From the NCBI GenBank assembly GCA_965261025.1, contig OZ253438.1:1290001-1322000 (forward strand): 32,000 nucleotides of DNA, read 5' to 3'. Shown one piece after another: positions 1 to 10,221 of the stretch. How positions within the stretch are numbered: position 1 is the first letter of the stretch; every line of letters begins with the position of its first letter. Origin of the DNA: Chlamydiales bacterium. GTDB lineage: Bacteria; Chlamydiota; Chlamydiia; Chlamydiales; SM23-39. A program made the position numbers and the translations under genes. Under the pieces are notes generated by a model. It was not told the origin of the DNA. It was given only the letters and a program-made list of their open reading frames with translations, and searched no databases.

Positions 1-585
1 GATCCAAATCGGTCTGTACATATTGCGCTTTTACATTATACGGATGGGGAAAAAAGGTATATTTTAGCTCCTCAAGGATTGAAAGTCGGAGAAAAAGTGA
101 TGACTTCTGAGGAGTCTCTTTTTAAAGTGGGTTGTTGTATGCGTCTTAGATCGATGCCTCTTGGTTCTGTAGTGCATAATGTGGAGCTTCATCCTGGTAG
201 AGGAGGGAAGTTGGTTCGTTCTGCAGGAATGTCCGCACAACTTTTAGCAAGAAGTGGTGGATATGCCACGGTGAAAATGCCTTCTGGAGAGGTTCGGTTA
301 GTCAATGAAAATTGTAGGGCTACGTTTGGAGCTCTATCGAATGCAGAGCATGTTCTTCGTTTGGATGCAAAAGCAGGGAGGACTAGATGGAAAGGATTTC
401 GTCCTACGGTGCGCGGAGTTGCTATGAATCCTGTTGACCATCCTCATGGAGGGGGAGAAGGAAAGGGGAAGGGGAACCATCCTCAAACACCTTGGGCTGA
501 ATATACGAAGGGAAGAAAAACAAGATCGAAGCGTAAATCTACTGAGTGGATTATCAAACCTCGTAAGAAAAAGAAGGATAAATAA
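1..585 (+). CDS. rplB: 50S ribosomal protein L2 (5' end cut by window edge)
   Basis: Frame 1 is open from nt 1 ([31 protein letters not shown]...), upstream of the ORF-track Met at 79. L2 motifs [11 protein letters not shown] and [14 protein letters not shown] are present. First gene of a canonical S10-operon order. Confidence 0.97.
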   Translation, partial: DPNRSVHIALLHYTDGEKRYILAPQGLKVGEKVMTSEESLFKVGCCMRLRSMPLGSVVHNVELHPGRGGKLVRSAGMSAQLLARSGGYATVKMPSGEVRLVNENCRATFGALSNAEHVLRLDAKAGRTRWKGFRPTVRGVAMNPVDHPHGGGEGKGKGNHPQTPWAEYTKGRKTRSKRKSTEWIIKPRKKKKDK

Positions 586-588
586 AAT

Positions 589-885
589 ATGGCGCGCTCA
601 TTGAAGAAAGGACCTTTTGTGGATCACTCTCTTAGAAAAAAGGTGGAAAAAGCGATAGAAAGCTCTCAGAAAAAGCCGATAAAGACTTGGTCGAGAAGGT
701 CTATGATTACTCCTGAGATGGTAGGGATTGCTTTTCAAGTGCATAATGGAAAAAAATTTTTTGATCTCTTTGTTTCAGAGAACATGGTAGGGCATCGCCT
801 TGGGGAATTCGCTCCTACTCGTACTTTTAAAGGGCATCCAGAGAAAAAAGCGGCGTCTTCAGCAGACTCGAAGTCAAAAACGTAA
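589..885 (+). CDS. rpsS: 30S ribosomal protein S19
   Basis: [12 protein letters not shown]...[16 protein letters not shown]...HNGKKF...[18 protein letters not shown] matches S19. Lies between rplB and rplV. Confidence 0.97.
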   Translation: MARSLKKGPFVDHSLRKKVEKAIESSQKKPIKTWSRRSMITPEMVGIAFQVHNGKKFFDLFVSENMVGHRLGEFAPTRTFKGHPEKKAASSADSKSKT

Positions 886-900
886 GGGGAATAAAGAGAT

Positions 901-1236
901 ATGAGACAGATGAGAGCGTTGACAAGATTTGTCCGGATTAGTCCTAGTAAGGCAAGGTTAGCTGCGGGGTTGATAAGGGGAAAAAAGGTAGAAGAAGCGT
1001 TTTTACAGTTGAGAAACTCTCCTTTAAAGGGGGCTCGACTTCTTTTAAAAACCTTGCAAAGTGCTTCTTCGAATGCGGAAAGAGTTTTGGAAGTTTCTAG
1101 GGAAAATTTGAAAGTAGCGCAGGTTTTTATAGATGGAGGACCTACCATGAAACGTTCCAAGTCCAAATCTAGAGGGGGGAGAGCCCCTATTTTAAAAAGA
1201 ACAAGTCATTTTACAGTGATCGTTGCAACGGAGTAG
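901..1236 (+). CDS. rplV: 50S ribosomal protein L22
   Basis: KARLAAGLIRGKKVEEA...NAE...KSKSRGGRAPILKRTSHFTVIV closely resembles chlamydial L22 as recalled. Operon position fits. Confidence 0.96.
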   Translation: MRQMRALTRFVRISPSKARLAAGLIRGKKVEEAFLQLRNSPLKGARLLLKTLQSASSNAERVLEVSRENLKVAQVFIDGGPTMKRSKSKSRGGRAPILKRTSHFTVIVATE

Positions 1237-1242
1237 TTAAGA

Positions 1243-1869
1243 ATGGGTCAGAAAACATCTCCAATAGGATTTCGCTTAGTGCGGAAAAAAAAGTGGTTGT
1301 CGAACTGGTTTGCCAGTAGCCAGGAATTCGGAAAGCTTTTGGAAGAGGATAGAAGGATTAGGCAGTATTTGATGAAAAAGTCTGTCTGTGTGGGTACAGC
1401 GCGTCTTTTTATAAAACGGATGAGCGATAAGATAGAGGTGGTGATTCATACAGCAAGGCCTGGTCTTGTGATTGGGAGAAAGGGAGCGGAAATTGAAGTT
1501 TTGAAGAAAGAGTTGAGAGTCTTGACTGGAAAAGAGGTGTGGATTGAAGTGGAGGAGATTAAAAGGCCGGATCTAGACCCGCAGCTTGTAGCTGATAATA
1601 TTGCCAAGCAGATAGAAAGAAGGATTCCTTTTAGAAGAGCCATGAAAAAAGCGCTTCAGACAAGTATGGATGCGGGCGCCTTGGGAATTAAGGTGCAGCT
1701 TTCTGGAAGGATTGGGGGAGCTGAGATTGCAAGGACGGAGTGGTATAAAGAAGGGAGAATTCCGCTACATACCATCAAAGCAGATATAGGTTATGCGATA
1801 TCTAGGGCAGAGACGACCTATGGATCTATTGGAGTAAAGGTCTGGATTAATCGTAGTGAAGAGTTTTAA
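1243..1869 (+). CDS. rpsC: 30S ribosomal protein S3
   Basis: MGQKTSPIGFRL..., a KH-domain region (LVIGRKGAEIE) and a C-terminal S3 domain. Operon position fits. Confidence 0.97.
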   Translation: MGQKTSPIGFRLVRKKKWLSNWFASSQEFGKLLEEDRRIRQYLMKKSVCVGTARLFIKRMSDKIEVVIHTARPGLVIGRKGAEIEVLKKELRVLTGKEVWIEVEEIKRPDLDPQLVADNIAKQIERRIPFRRAMKKALQTSMDAGALGIKVQLSGRIGGAEIARTEWYKEGRIPLHTIKADIGYAISRAETTYGSIGVKVWINRSEEF

Positions 1870-1883
1870 AGGAGAAGTGATTT

Positions 1884-2303
1884 ATGGCTTTAATGCCTTC
1901 TAAGACGAAGTATCGAAAGCAGCAAAAAGGAAGTTATAAGGGTTTGAGTAAGGGCGCTTGTTTTGTGGATATGGGCGACTACGGAATGCAAGCTTTGGAG
2001 CGTGGTTGGATTACAGGTCAACAAATCGAAGCATGTAGGGTTACAATTACTCGAACTTTTTCTAGAAAAGGAAAGGTTTTGATTCGTATTTTTCCTGATA
2101 AACCAGTTTCTAAAAAGCCTTTGGAGACTCGGATGGGAAAAGGAAAAGGAGGCGTGGATCGTTGGGTAGCTGTGGTAAGACCTGGGAGAGTTTTATTTGA
2201 AGTAAGTGGGGTTTCTAAGGAAGAGGCGCAACAAGCACTAAGACTTGCTGCAGCAAAACTTCCTGTTAAGACCCGTTTTGTGGAAAGGGTAGAGAGGGCT
2301 TAA
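1884..2303 (+). CDS. rplP: 50S ribosomal protein L16
   Basis: [13 protein letters not shown]...[24 protein letters not shown] matches L16. Confidence 0.97.
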   Translation: MALMPSKTKYRKQQKGSYKGLSKGACFVDMGDYGMQALERGWITGQQIEACRVTITRTFSRKGKVLIRIFPDKPVSKKPLETRMGKGKGGVDRWVAVVRPGRVLFEVSGVSKEEAQQALRLAAAKLPVKTRFVERVERA

Positions 2304-2309
2304 AAGGAT

Positions 2310-2507
2310 ATGTTGAAGGCGAAAGATTTAAGGAATGAGGCTATAGAAGAGCTTCAGGCTATGGTACAAGAGATTAGTCGTGAGATTTACGAGCTGAGAA
2401 ATGAGCTTCGTATCAGTCGCAAACTAGAAAAGCCTCACCTTTTAGTGAGTAAAAAAAAGGACCGGGCTAGAATTTTAACCATTATCTCAGAAAAGAAGAG
2501 GACGTAG
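2310..2507 (+). CDS. rpmC: 50S ribosomal protein L29
   Basis: 65-aa helical protein (LRNEAIEELQAMVQEISREIYELRNE) between rplP and rpsQ. Confidence 0.93.
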   Translation: MLKAKDLRNEAIEELQAMVQEISREIYELRNELRISRKLEKPHLLVSKKKDRARILTIISEKKRT

Positions 2508-2765
2508 ATGGAAAAAGCGGAAAGAGTAGAGAGGAAGGTACTGCAGGGGGTAGTTTTATCGAATAAGATGAAGAAGACTCTGGTGGTTTCTTTTTCTGAG
2601 AAGGTGAGGCATCCAAAGTATGGGAAATTAGTAGAGCGTAGGAAAAAATGTTATGCCCACAATGAATCAGAGGCTGTGAAGGAAGGGGATGTAGTAGAGC
2701 TTATGCAGGTAAGGCCTCTTTCTAAGCTGAAGCGTTGGAGAGTGACAAAATTGGTGAAATCGTAA
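2508..2765 (+). CDS. rpsQ: 30S ribosomal protein S17
   Basis: RKVLQGVVLSNKMKKTLVVSFSEKVRHPKYGK...KCYAHNE matches S17. The start directly abuts the rpmC stop. Confidence 0.95.
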   Translation: MEKAERVERKVLQGVVLSNKMKKTLVVSFSEKVRHPKYGKLVERRKKCYAHNESEAVKEGDVVELMQVRPLSKLKRWRVTKLVKS

Positions 2766-2781
2766 GGGGCGGTAGAGGGAG

Positions 2782-3150
2782 ATGATTCAGCAAGAAACAG
2801 AGTTAGAAGTAGCCGATAATACAGGGGCAAAGAGGGTGAAGTGCTTCAAGGTATTGGGGGGGTCAAAGAGAAGATATGCGAGAGTAGGTGATATTATTGT
2901 TTGCTCTGTAAAAGAAGCGGATCCTAGGTCCTCTACAAAAAAAGGGGAAGTAGTAAAAGCGGTAATTGTAAGGACTAAAAGCGTGATAAAAAGAGCAGAT
3001 GGTTCTCAATTGAAGTTTTACGATAACAGTTGTGTAATTATTGACGATAAGAACAATCCCAAGGGGACTCGTATTTTTGGTCCTGTAGCAAGGGAAGTAA
3101 GAGAAGAGGGCTTTATAAAGATTAGTTCTTTGGCTCCAGAGGTTATTTAA
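2782..3150 (+). CDS. rplN: 50S ribosomal protein L14
   Basis: [40 protein letters not shown] matches L14. Confidence 0.97.
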   Translation: MIQQETELEVADNTGAKRVKCFKVLGGSKRRYARVGDIIVCSVKEADPRSSTKKGEVVKAVIVRTKSVIKRADGSQLKFYDNSCVIIDDKNNPKGTRIFGPVAREVREEGFIKISSLAPEVI

Positions 3151-3158
3151 GGGGACTT

Positions 3159-3476
3159 ATGAGCAAGTGGATTCGAAAAGAAGATGAAGTGATGGTTATA
3201 TCAGGTAATGATAAAGGAAAGGTAGGTAAGGTCCTTTTTCGAATAGGGGATCGCGTTTTAGTTCAGGGAGTAAATATCCGAAAAAGACACAGGAAGCGAA
3301 CTTCAGAGCAGGCAGCAGCACAGATTGAAAGTAGGGAAATGCCTATACACATTTCCAATGTACAGGTTGTAGGAAAAGAGAAAAAGCCAGTTCGATTGAA
3401 AGTAGCTAGGAAGAAAGGGGAAAAAGTTTTGGTATATTCTAGTCAAGGAAGTGAAATAGAATATCGCAAGGTTTAA
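3159..3476 (+). CDS. rplX: 50S ribosomal protein L24
   Basis: KOW motif [22 protein letters not shown]. Lies between rplN and rplE. Confidence 0.95.
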   Translation: MSKWIRKEDEVMVISGNDKGKVGKVLFRIGDRVLVQGVNIRKRHRKRTSEQAAAQIESREMPIHISNVQVVGKEKKPVRLKVARKKGEKVLVYSSQGSEIEYRKV

Positions 3477-3494
3477 GGGTAAATAGGAAAACAG

Positions 3495-4043
3495 ATGTCT
3501 AGGTTACAACAAAGATACAAAAAAGAGATTCGTCCGAGCTTAAAAGAGCTTCACAAGGAAAGAAATATTCATGAGATCCCTGTTCTAAGGAAAATTGTGA
3601 TTTCTATGGGGCTTGCTGAGGCTTTAAAGGACAAAAATGCTTTGGAAAAGCACACGAAAGAGCTAATGCTTCTTTCAGGGCAGAAGCCGATTGTTACCAA
3701 ATCAAAGAAGGCGATTTCTAACTTCAAGCTGAGAGAAGGGCAAGACATAGGACTAAAGGTGACTCTCAGAGGAGAGAGGATGTATCACTTTTTTGAAAAA
3801 TTTTGCCATATCGTTTGCCCTAGGATTCCTGATTTTCGGGGTTTTTCTAGGAAATGTGATGGACGGGGAACTTATAATGTAGGGATACAAGATCAGCAAA
3901 TTTTTCCTGAGATTAATCTAGATGAGGTGAGTCGGTCTCAAGGAATGAATTTTGCTTTTGTAACCTCTGCGAAGACAGATGAAGATTGTGTAGAATTATT
4001 AATCCGGATGGGTTTTCCATTTAAGAGTAAGGAGAAAAAATAG
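3495..4043 (+). CDS. rplE: 50S ribosomal protein L5
   Basis: 182-aa L5-like sequence ([13 protein letters not shown]...[28 protein letters not shown]). Operon position fits. Confidence 0.96.
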   Translation: MSRLQQRYKKEIRPSLKELHKERNIHEIPVLRKIVISMGLAEALKDKNALEKHTKELMLLSGQKPIVTKSKKAISNFKLREGQDIGLKVTLRGERMYHFFEKFCHIVCPRIPDFRGFSRKCDGRGTYNVGIQDQQIFPEINLDEVSRSQGMNFAFVTSAKTDEDCVELLIRMGFPFKSKEKK

Positions 4044-4436
4044 ATGTCCGTAAACGATCCCATAGCTGACTTTTTAACACGAATTCGTAATGCAAAGAGA
4101 TCCAGACACCGTTATGTAGATATACCTTTGAGTAAGATGAAGCAAAGGATAGCCGAGATTTTAAAAGAAGAGGGTTTTTTGGAGAACTTTTTAGTAAATG
4201 CAGAGAAGAAAGTGTTGCGTCTTTTTCTTAAGTATAACGCTAAGAGGAACGCCGTTATTCAAGGGCTTTCTAGGGTTTCTAAACCGGGTTTGAGACGCTA
4301 TGCAGGATCAAAAGAGATTCCAAGGGTGCAAAATGGGATGGGTATTTCTGTTGTTTCTACTCCGAAGGGGATTCTGGAAGGTAAGAGCGCAAAAGAGCAG
4401 GGAGTAGGAGGAGAGATCCTCTGCTGTATTTGGTAA
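4044..4436 (+). CDS. rpsH: 30S ribosomal protein S8
   Basis: MSVNDPIADFLTRIRNA... matches S8. It begins immediately after the rplE stop, so no rpsN lies between them. Confidence 0.96.
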   Translation: MSVNDPIADFLTRIRNAKRSRHRYVDIPLSKMKQRIAEILKEEGFLENFLVNAEKKVLRLFLKYNAKRNAVIQGLSRVSKPGLRRYAGSKEIPRVQNGMGISVVSTPKGILEGKSAKEQGVGGEILCCIW

Positions 4437-4452
4437 GAGGGAAGGTAGTAGT

Positions 4453-4983
4453 ATGTCTAGATTAGCAAAACAAGCGATTACTTTACCTCAAGGGGTAGAG
4501 ATGAAAATAGAGGGACAAAAGGTTGAAATTAAGGGGCCGAAGGGAGTTTTGAAACATGTTATTCCTTCCGGTTTTTCTATTAAGAGAGAAGGCGAGGTTT
4601 TTTTTGTAGAGGCAAAGGAGTTTGTTTTAAAGAAAGATCATGGGCTTCATTATGCTCTTTTGAGAAATTTGGTATTAGGTGTGAGCAAGGGTTTTGAAAA
4701 AAAACTTCTTTTGATTGGGGTAGGATACAAGGCTGTTTTAGAAGGAAGTAAATTAGATTTACAAGTAGGTTATTCTCATCCTACTAAGTTGGATATCCCC
4801 TCTGATATTCGGGTGCAGGTAGAGAAGAATTTAGTGACCATAGCGGGCATAGATAAGCAGAAAGTGGGGCAATTTGCTGCTGTAGTGAGAGGAGTTAGAC
4901 CTCCGGAGCCCTACAAAGGTAAAGGGATTCGTTACCAAGAAGAGCATGTACGTAAAAAAGCAGGAAAAGCAAAAGGTAAATAG
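4453..4983 (+). CDS. rplF: 50S ribosomal protein L6
   Basis: MSRLAKQAITLPQGVEMKIEGQKVEIKGPKG...GVGYKA...PPEPYKGKGIRY matches L6. Confidence 0.96.
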   Translation: MSRLAKQAITLPQGVEMKIEGQKVEIKGPKGVLKHVIPSGFSIKREGEVFFVEAKEFVLKKDHGLHYALLRNLVLGVSKGFEKKLLLIGVGYKAVLEGSKLDLQVGYSHPTKLDIPSDIRVQVEKNLVTIAGIDKQKVGQFAAVVRGVRPPEPYKGKGIRYQEEHVRKKAGKAKGK

Positions 4984-4991
4984 GAAAGGCT

Positions 4992-5363
4992 ATGGAAAAT
5001 AGTTTAGCGCAAAAAAAGAGAAGAAGAGAAAAAAGAGTTTTTCGAGTTCGAAAGGCTTTGAAAGGAACTCTTTTAAGACCTAGAATGAGTGTTTTTAAGT
5101 CGAATTCCCATCTTTATGTACAGCTTATCGATGATGAAAAAGGGAAGACCTTACTAGGGCTTGGGACTTTGTCTAAGGATTTGAAAGGGACCTCTTTTGT
5201 AAAAAGGTCTAAAGAAGCTGCAGAGCATCTAGGGACTTTAATAGCAAAAAGAGCGAAAGAAAAAAAGATAGAGTCGGTTATTTTTGACCGAGGAAGATAT
5301 AAATACCATGGAATTATAGCAAAGCTTGCCGATTCTGCAAGGGAAGCGGGACTTCAGTTTTAA
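4992..5363 (+). CDS. rplR: 50S ribosomal protein L18
   Basis: L18-like sequence (RPRMSVFKSNSHLYVQLIDDEKGKTL...FDRGRYKYHGIIAKLADSAREAGLQF). Confidence 0.95.
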   Translation: MENSLAQKKRRREKRVFRVRKALKGTLLRPRMSVFKSNSHLYVQLIDDEKGKTLLGLGTLSKDLKGTSFVKRSKEAAEHLGTLIAKRAKEKKIESVIFDRGRYKYHGIIAKLADSAREAGLQF

Positions 5364-5375
5364 CGTAAGGCTTAT

Positions 5376-5855
5376 ATGAGTAAAGAAGAAGATCAATTGG
5401 AAGAGAAAGTACTACATATCAATCGCTGTTCAAAAGTGGTAAAAGGGGGAAGGAAGTTTAGTTTTTCTGCTCTTATTTTAGTCGGAGATGGACAAGGAAA
5501 AGTTGGCTATGGTTTTGCCAAGGCGAATGAGGTTTCTGATGCGATCAAAAAGGCTTCTGAACAGGCTAGAAAAGAGATGTTTTCGTTTGAAATAGAAAAT
5601 ACCACGATTCCTCATGAGGTGTTAGTAGACTGGGATGGAGTTCGGCTATTATTGAAGCCTGCTAGAGAGGGAACAGGGATTATAGCGGGGTCAAAGGTTC
5701 GCTCTGTTTTAGAATTAGGGGGAATAAAAGACGTGGTAGCTAAAAGTTTGGGATGTAGTAATCCTATTAACCAGGTTCGCGCTACGGTAAAGGCCTTAAG
5801 GGGTCTTAAGAACCGTAAACAGAGGATGAAAGAAAGAAGAGGGGAAGAGAGATGA
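5376..5855 (+). CDS. rpsE: 30S ribosomal protein S5
   Basis: INRCSKVVKGGRKFSFSALILVGDGQGKVGYGFAKANEV matches S5. Confidence 0.96.
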   Translation: MSKEEDQLEEKVLHINRCSKVVKGGRKFSFSALILVGDGQGKVGYGFAKANEVSDAIKKASEQARKEMFSFEIENTTIPHEVLVDWDGVRLLLKPAREGTGIIAGSKVRSVLELGGIKDVVAKSLGCSNPINQVRATVKALRGLKNRKQRMKERRGEER

Positions 5856-6310
5856 TCCGTTTACATAGCCTAGGGAATACACATCGTCCCAAAAAGAAGA
5901 TACAGAGAGTAGGCAGAGGCGTAGGTTCTGGAAGAGGAAAGACTTCAGGTAGGGGTCATAAAGGGGATGGATCTCGTTCTGGTTATTTACGCAGGCACAC
6001 TTATGAGGGGGGGCGCATGCGTCTTTTCATGAGACTCCCTATTCGGGGCTTCACTAGGGGGAGATTTTTTGAGGAGGATCTAGTTTTAAGCTTGGCTTCT
6101 TTAGATAAGATATATGAAGAAGGAGAGGTAGCAAACTTACAAACTCTTCGGGAAAAAGGGATTTTATCCAAGCAGGCTAAAGGAACTCTTCGTATTTTAT
6201 CTTCAGGGGAACTTACCAAGAAGATTTCCATTGAGGCACATCACTTCACGGAAAAAGCAAAGGAAAAATTAGAGGCAGCAAATATTTCTTACAAACTTTT
6301 GTCAGTATGA
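5852..6310 (+). CDS. rplO: 50S ribosomal protein L15
   Basis: [18 protein letters not shown] matches L15. ATGA overlap with the rpsE stop, so no rpmD lies between them. Confidence 0.95.
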   Translation: MIRLHSLGNTHRPKKKIQRVGRGVGSGRGKTSGRGHKGDGSRSGYLRRHTYEGGRMRLFMRLPIRGFTRGRFFEEDLVLSLASLDKIYEEGEVANLQTLREKGILSKQAKGTLRILSSGELTKKISIEAHHFTEKAKEKLEAANISYKLLSV

Positions 6311-7671
6311 TTCGTTCTATTATAAAAATTTGGGCTATTCCGGAGCTTAGAAAAAAAATTCGGTTTACTTTTTGGTTTTTGGTGATTTGTAGGATAGGAG
6401 CTTATGTACCGGTTCCTGGGATTAATGGGGAACTTACTGCTTCTGTCTTGAAGCAAGTGACAGGGGGAGCGCAAAATTTGTTTCAGCTGATGGATATTTT
6501 TTCAGGGGGAGCTTTTGCGAAGATGACTGTTTTGGCCCTAGGAGTGATGCCTTACATTTCTGCTTCGATCATCATGCAGCTTTTGGTTTCTGTGATTCCT
6601 TCTCTGCAAAGAGAGATCCGAGAAAATGTTGACCAGGGAAAGAAGAAGCTTTCTAAATGGACGAGGATTACGACTCTTTTTCTATCTCTTTTTCAGTCGG
6701 TGCTTTTAGCCCGTCATGTACTTCAGCTGAACTTTTCTACTCCGGGGATTATTCTAAGTAGCATAGCAGAGTTGCATTGGTTTGGGATGCCTATTCCTTT
6801 CTATTTAATCGCTATGATAACTATGACGACGGGAACGCTTCTTTTGATGTGGATAGGAGAGCAGATTTCTGAAAAGGGGATTGGCAATGGAATGAGTCTG
6901 ATTATTGTGACCGGCATTTTATCCTCTTTTCCTTCTACTTTTGGCTCGATTTTACAGCAGCTTAATTTAGGTTCTCAGACTGCAGGTCAGATGAGTTTTA
7001 CCTCTCTTTTTATTTTATTAGCGCTTTTTGTAGTGATCATTGTGGGTACTATTTTAGTGATACAAGGACAAAGAAAAATTCCTTTGCAGTATGCCAGAAG
7101 AGTAGTGGGTAGGCATGAGGTACAGGGAGGGAGTTCTTATATTCCCTTAAAATTGAATTATGCGGGAGTTATCCCTGTGATTTTTGCTTCTTCTTTCTTG
7201 ATGGTGCTTGCGACGATAGGGCAGTTTCTATCAAAGACGGGAAGTGGGATTTCCTGGCTTTCTCCAGGTAGTCTTGTGTATATGATAGTGTATGTCTCGT
7301 TAATTTTATTTTTTACCTATTTTTGGACAGCTACGCAGTTTCGTCCTGATCAGATAGCCTCTGACATGAAAAAAAGTGGGGCTTTTATCCCTGGGGTTCG
7401 TCAAGGGAAGCCCACTCAGGAATTTTTGGAGTCTGTTATGGGAAAAATTACTTTAGCCGGAGCTATTTTTTTGGCTTTGATAGCGATTTTACCGACCCTT
7501 ATAGGAAAATTTTTACGATTAGATCCTATGATTACGCAATTTTTTGGAGGGACTTCTCTTTTAATTTTGGTTGGGGTTGTTTTGGATACGATGAAGCAGA
7601 TAGAGTCTCACTTAATTATGAGAAAGTATGATGGGTTTATGACTAAGGCTCGATCTCGCTCTCGTCGATAA
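6307..7671 (+). CDS. secY: Preprotein translocase subunit SecY
   Basis: 454-aa polytopic membrane protein with SecY-like segments ([27 protein letters not shown]; [17 protein letters not shown]). Follows rplO with an ATGA overlap. Confidence 0.96.
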   Translation: MIRSIIKIWAIPELRKKIRFTFWFLVICRIGAYVPVPGINGELTASVLKQVTGGAQNLFQLMDIFSGGAFAKMTVLALGVMPYISASIIMQLLVSVIPSLQREIRENVDQGKKKLSKWTRITTLFLSLFQSVLLARHVLQLNFSTPGIILSSIAELHWFGMPIPFYLIAMITMTTGTLLLMWIGEQISEKGIGNGMSLIIVTGILSSFPSTFGSILQQLNLGSQTAGQMSFTSLFILLALFVVIIVGTILVIQGQRKIPLQYARRVVGRHEVQGGSSYIPLKLNYAGVIPVIFASSFLMVLATIGQFLSKTGSGISWLSPGSLVYMIVYVSLILFFTYFWTATQFRPDQIASDMKKSGAFIPGVRQGKPTQEFLESVMGKITLAGAIFLALIAILPTLIGKFLRLDPMITQFFGGTSLLILVGVVLDTMKQIESHLIMRKYDGFMTKARSRSRR

Positions 7672-7756
7672 GATACTTTTAAAATTGTGGGATAAAGGCA
7701 GTTATGGTATCCTGTGCTGCAGCAAAACTTTTTAATTATCATGGAATGGGGAAAAT

Positions 7757-8125
7757 ATGCCACGGGTTATAGGAATAGATATACCGGATAAGAAGAGGCT
7801 AGTGATTAGTCTTACCTACATTTATGGAATTGGGGATAAAGTGGCAAGAGATTTGGTTGAAAAATTAGGTCTTGATCCGAATATGCCAGCGGGGAAACTT
7901 TCTCAAGAGGAAATAGCGAGAATAAACCATGTCTTGCAAAATGAGATTAAGGTGGAAGGGGATCTTCGCCGGGAAGTACAGGGAAATATCAAAAGGTTCA
8001 TAAATATTCACTGTCATGTAGGACAGAGACATCGATCTTCTTTACCTGTTCGGGGGCAGAGGACTCGGTCTAATGCTCGTACGAGAAAGGGAAAGAAAAA
8101 AACGGTAGCTAACAAGAAAATCTGA
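7757..8125 (+). CDS. rpsM: 30S ribosomal protein S13
   Basis: MPRVIGIDIPDKKRLVISLTYIYGIG matches S13. Confidence 0.96.
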   Translation: MPRVIGIDIPDKKRLVISLTYIYGIGDKVARDLVEKLGLDPNMPAGKLSQEEIARINHVLQNEIKVEGDLRREVQGNIKRFINIHCHVGQRHRSSLPVRGQRTRSNARTRKGKKKTVANKKI

Positions 8126-8135
8126 GGAGTGGGGT

Positions 8136-8561
8136 TTGTCTAAGGAAAATCAGAAAAAAGCGCAGTCAGTGCCTACCAAGAAGGTGCTTGTAAAAAAGAA
8201 GAGGGTGCATCGCACGATTCCGACTGGAATGGTTCATGTGACAGCCACTTATAACAATACGGTTGTAAGTATTACTGATCTGGTAGGGAATGTGATTGCA
8301 TGGTCTTCTGCGGGGAAGATGAAATTTTCTGGAGCTCGTAAGTCTTCTGCTTATGCAGCAACCGTTGCTGCGCAGGATGCGGCGAAGTTAGCTATGGGTA
8401 TGGGTATGAAAGAGTGTGAGATTAATTTGCGGGGTCCTGGAGCAGGGAGAGAATCTGCAGTTCGAGGGATAATTAGTGCGGGTTTAGCGGTTACTATAAT
8501 TCGGGATAAAACGCCGGTTCCTCATGGAGGATGCAGACCTAGGAAAAGAAGACGCGTTTAA
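8136..8561 (+). CDS. rpsK: 30S ribosomal protein S11 (TTG start in the ORF track)
   Basis: GMVHVTATYNNTVVSITD...SAGKMKFSGARKSSAYAA...TPVPHGGCRPRKRRRV matches S11, with a basic N-terminal extension. Confidence 0.95.
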   Translation: MSKENQKKAQSVPTKKVLVKKKRVHRTIPTGMVHVTATYNNTVVSITDLVGNVIAWSSAGKMKFSGARKSSAYAATVAAQDAAKLAMGMGMKECEINLRGPGAGRESAVRGIISAGLAVTIIRDKTPVPHGGCRPRKRRRV

Positions 8562-8582
8562 AAGATAGGAGTTTAAGTTTTT

Positions 8583-9680
8583 ATGACAGTCAAATATGGC
8601 AAATTTGAAATGCCAGAGAGAATTGAGATTGATGATGCTGGAAAGAGACCTAATTATGCCAGGTTTATTATAGCTCCTTTTTCTCGTGGTTTTGGTCATA
8701 CCATAGGGAATACTTTGCGAAGAATTATGTTAACCTCTTTAGAGGCTCCTGCCATTATTTCTCTTCGTATAGAGGGGGTTCCTCATGAGTATACAGCAAT
8801 TGAAGGGATTGTGGAAGATATGACCTCGATTGTTCTCAACTTGAAAGGAGCTCTTCTTCGAAAGCTCCCCCTTTCTGAGGACAAATACTCAAGAGAAAGA
8901 AGGATATTAGTAAAGGATCTAGAGGTTACAGCAGATCAAATCGAGCAAGGAGGCGGGGAGTATAGAGTTACTTTGGAAGATGTAGTATTAGGCTCTGACT
9001 TTGAGGTTATAAATAGAGAGCATCATCTTTTTACAGTAACCAAGCCTTTCCACAGAAAGATTACTTTAAAGATAGGGATAGGCAGGGGATATGTTCCTTC
9101 TGAAAAAATCCCTGATTTAGAAAGGCAGATTGATGAGATCATCTTAGATGCTTCTTTTAGTCCTGTGAGGCTTGTAAATTATTACGTAGAAAATACAAGA
9201 GTAGGTTCTAACACAGACTATGATCGTTTGATACTAGAAGTAGCCACAGATGGAAGAATTACGCCCAAGGAAGCGCTTGATTTTGCTTCTCAGGTGGCGG
9301 TTTTACATCTGGAGGTCTTCAAGAAGCTACAGACGCAAGAGCTTTCTTTTGATAAAGGGGAAGAAGAAGGAAATAAAGATCGGGATGAGATTTTAAAGAA
9401 GCTTGCTTTGAAAATTGATGAGATAGAGCTTTCGGTTCGCTCTACTAATTGTTTAGCTGGAGCGGATATTTCCACTATTGGAGAGTTGGTGGTGATGCCA
9501 GAATCAGAGATGCTTCGTTTCCGTAATTTTGGGAAAAAGTCTTTAACAGAGATCAAAGAAAAGTTAGAAGAGATGGGCTTAGGTTTGGGAATGGACTTAA
9601 GCAGGTATGGAATCAACCGGGACAATATTAAAACTATTATTAATTCATACTTAGAAGAGAAAGGGACTGGTGAAGCATGA
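8583..9680 (+). CDS. rpoA: DNA-directed RNA polymerase subunit alpha
   Basis: N-terminal domain (GHTIGNTLRRIMLTSLEAPAI) and C-terminal domain (IDEIELSVRSTNCLAGADISTIGELV). It follows rpsK directly, so no rpsD lies between them. Confidence 0.96.
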   Translation: MTVKYGKFEMPERIEIDDAGKRPNYARFIIAPFSRGFGHTIGNTLRRIMLTSLEAPAIISLRIEGVPHEYTAIEGIVEDMTSIVLNLKGALLRKLPLSEDKYSRERRILVKDLEVTADQIEQGGGEYRVTLEDVVLGSDFEVINREHHLFTVTKPFHRKITLKIGIGRGYVPSEKIPDLERQIDEIILDASFSPVRLVNYYVENTRVGSNTDYDRLILEVATDGRITPKEALDFASQVAVLHLEVFKKLQTQELSFDKGEEEGNKDRDEILKKLALKIDEIELSVRSTNCLAGADISTIGELVVMPESEMLRFRNFGKKSLTEIKEKLEEMGLGLGMDLSRYGINRDNIKTIINSYLEEKGTGEA

Positions 9681-10099
9681 GACACATAAAACACACCTTT
9701 AAGGTGGGCAGGACAGGTTCTCATAGAAGATGCATGTTAGCAAATATGTTAAAGTCTCTTATTTGGTATGAAAGGATAGAGACAACTCCTGTAAAGGCAA
9801 AAGAGCTTAGAAGATACGCAGATAGGATGGTGACCTTAGCGAAAAGAGGTACGGTGGATGCTAGGAGAAAAGCGATTTCTATGCTTCATATTCGCTACAA
9901 TCCAATGACTTCTAAAGAGAGGAGAAGATTCAAATCTCAGAAGGGGGATACCAGAAACTTAGACAGAAAGGTGGTTACCAAGCTTTTTGGTCCTGTTAAG
10001 GAAAGGTTTGTGGATCGCAAAGGGGGGTATACTCGCGTTCTTAAAAAGCAAGGGCGTATTGGGGATGCTGCTCCTGCGTGTCTCATTGAGTTTGTATAA
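9677..10099 (+). CDS. rplQ: 50S ribosomal protein L17
   Basis: MRHIKHTFKVGRTGSHRRCMLANMLKSLIWYERIETTPVKAKELRRYADRMVTLAK matches L17. ATGA overlap with rpoA. Confidence 0.96.
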   Translation: MRHIKHTFKVGRTGSHRRCMLANMLKSLIWYERIETTPVKAKELRRYADRMVTLAKRGTVDARRKAISMLHIRYNPMTSKERRRFKSQKGDTRNLDRKVVTKLFGPVKERFVDRKGGYTRVLKKQGRIGDAAPACLIEFV

Positions 10100-10106
10100 G
10101 GGTTTT

Positions 10107-10130
10107 CTTTTCTAAAAGAGAAGGCTTTTT
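10107..10130 (+). terminator. Candidate intrinsic terminator after rplQ
   Basis: cttttct (10107-10113) pairs with agagaag (10117-10123) across an aaa loop, with one G-U pair. A T-run follows at 10126-10130. The stem is weak and A/U-rich. Confidence 0.35.
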
Positions 10131-10221
10131 CCTGTCTTTTTTGCCTTCCTTTGTTTTTCACCATTCGGCTTTACTTTGATCTAAAATTTCTTTATGATGA
10201 GGAGAGTTTGGGAGGCTGGTT

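Noticed and set aside
735-1166. 143-aa minus-strand ORF, and similar antisense ORFs at 1446-1643, 6001-6231, 6289-6474, 8484-8699, 9290-9724 and 9937-10164
   Set aside because: All lie antisense to strongly supported ribosomal, secY or rpoA genes, and their low-complexity translations have no recognisable motifs.
7672-7756. Possible sigma70-type promoter between secY and rpsM (ttgtgg ... tatggt)
   Set aside because: The spacer between the hexamers is only ~12 nt. That does not support a promoter call.
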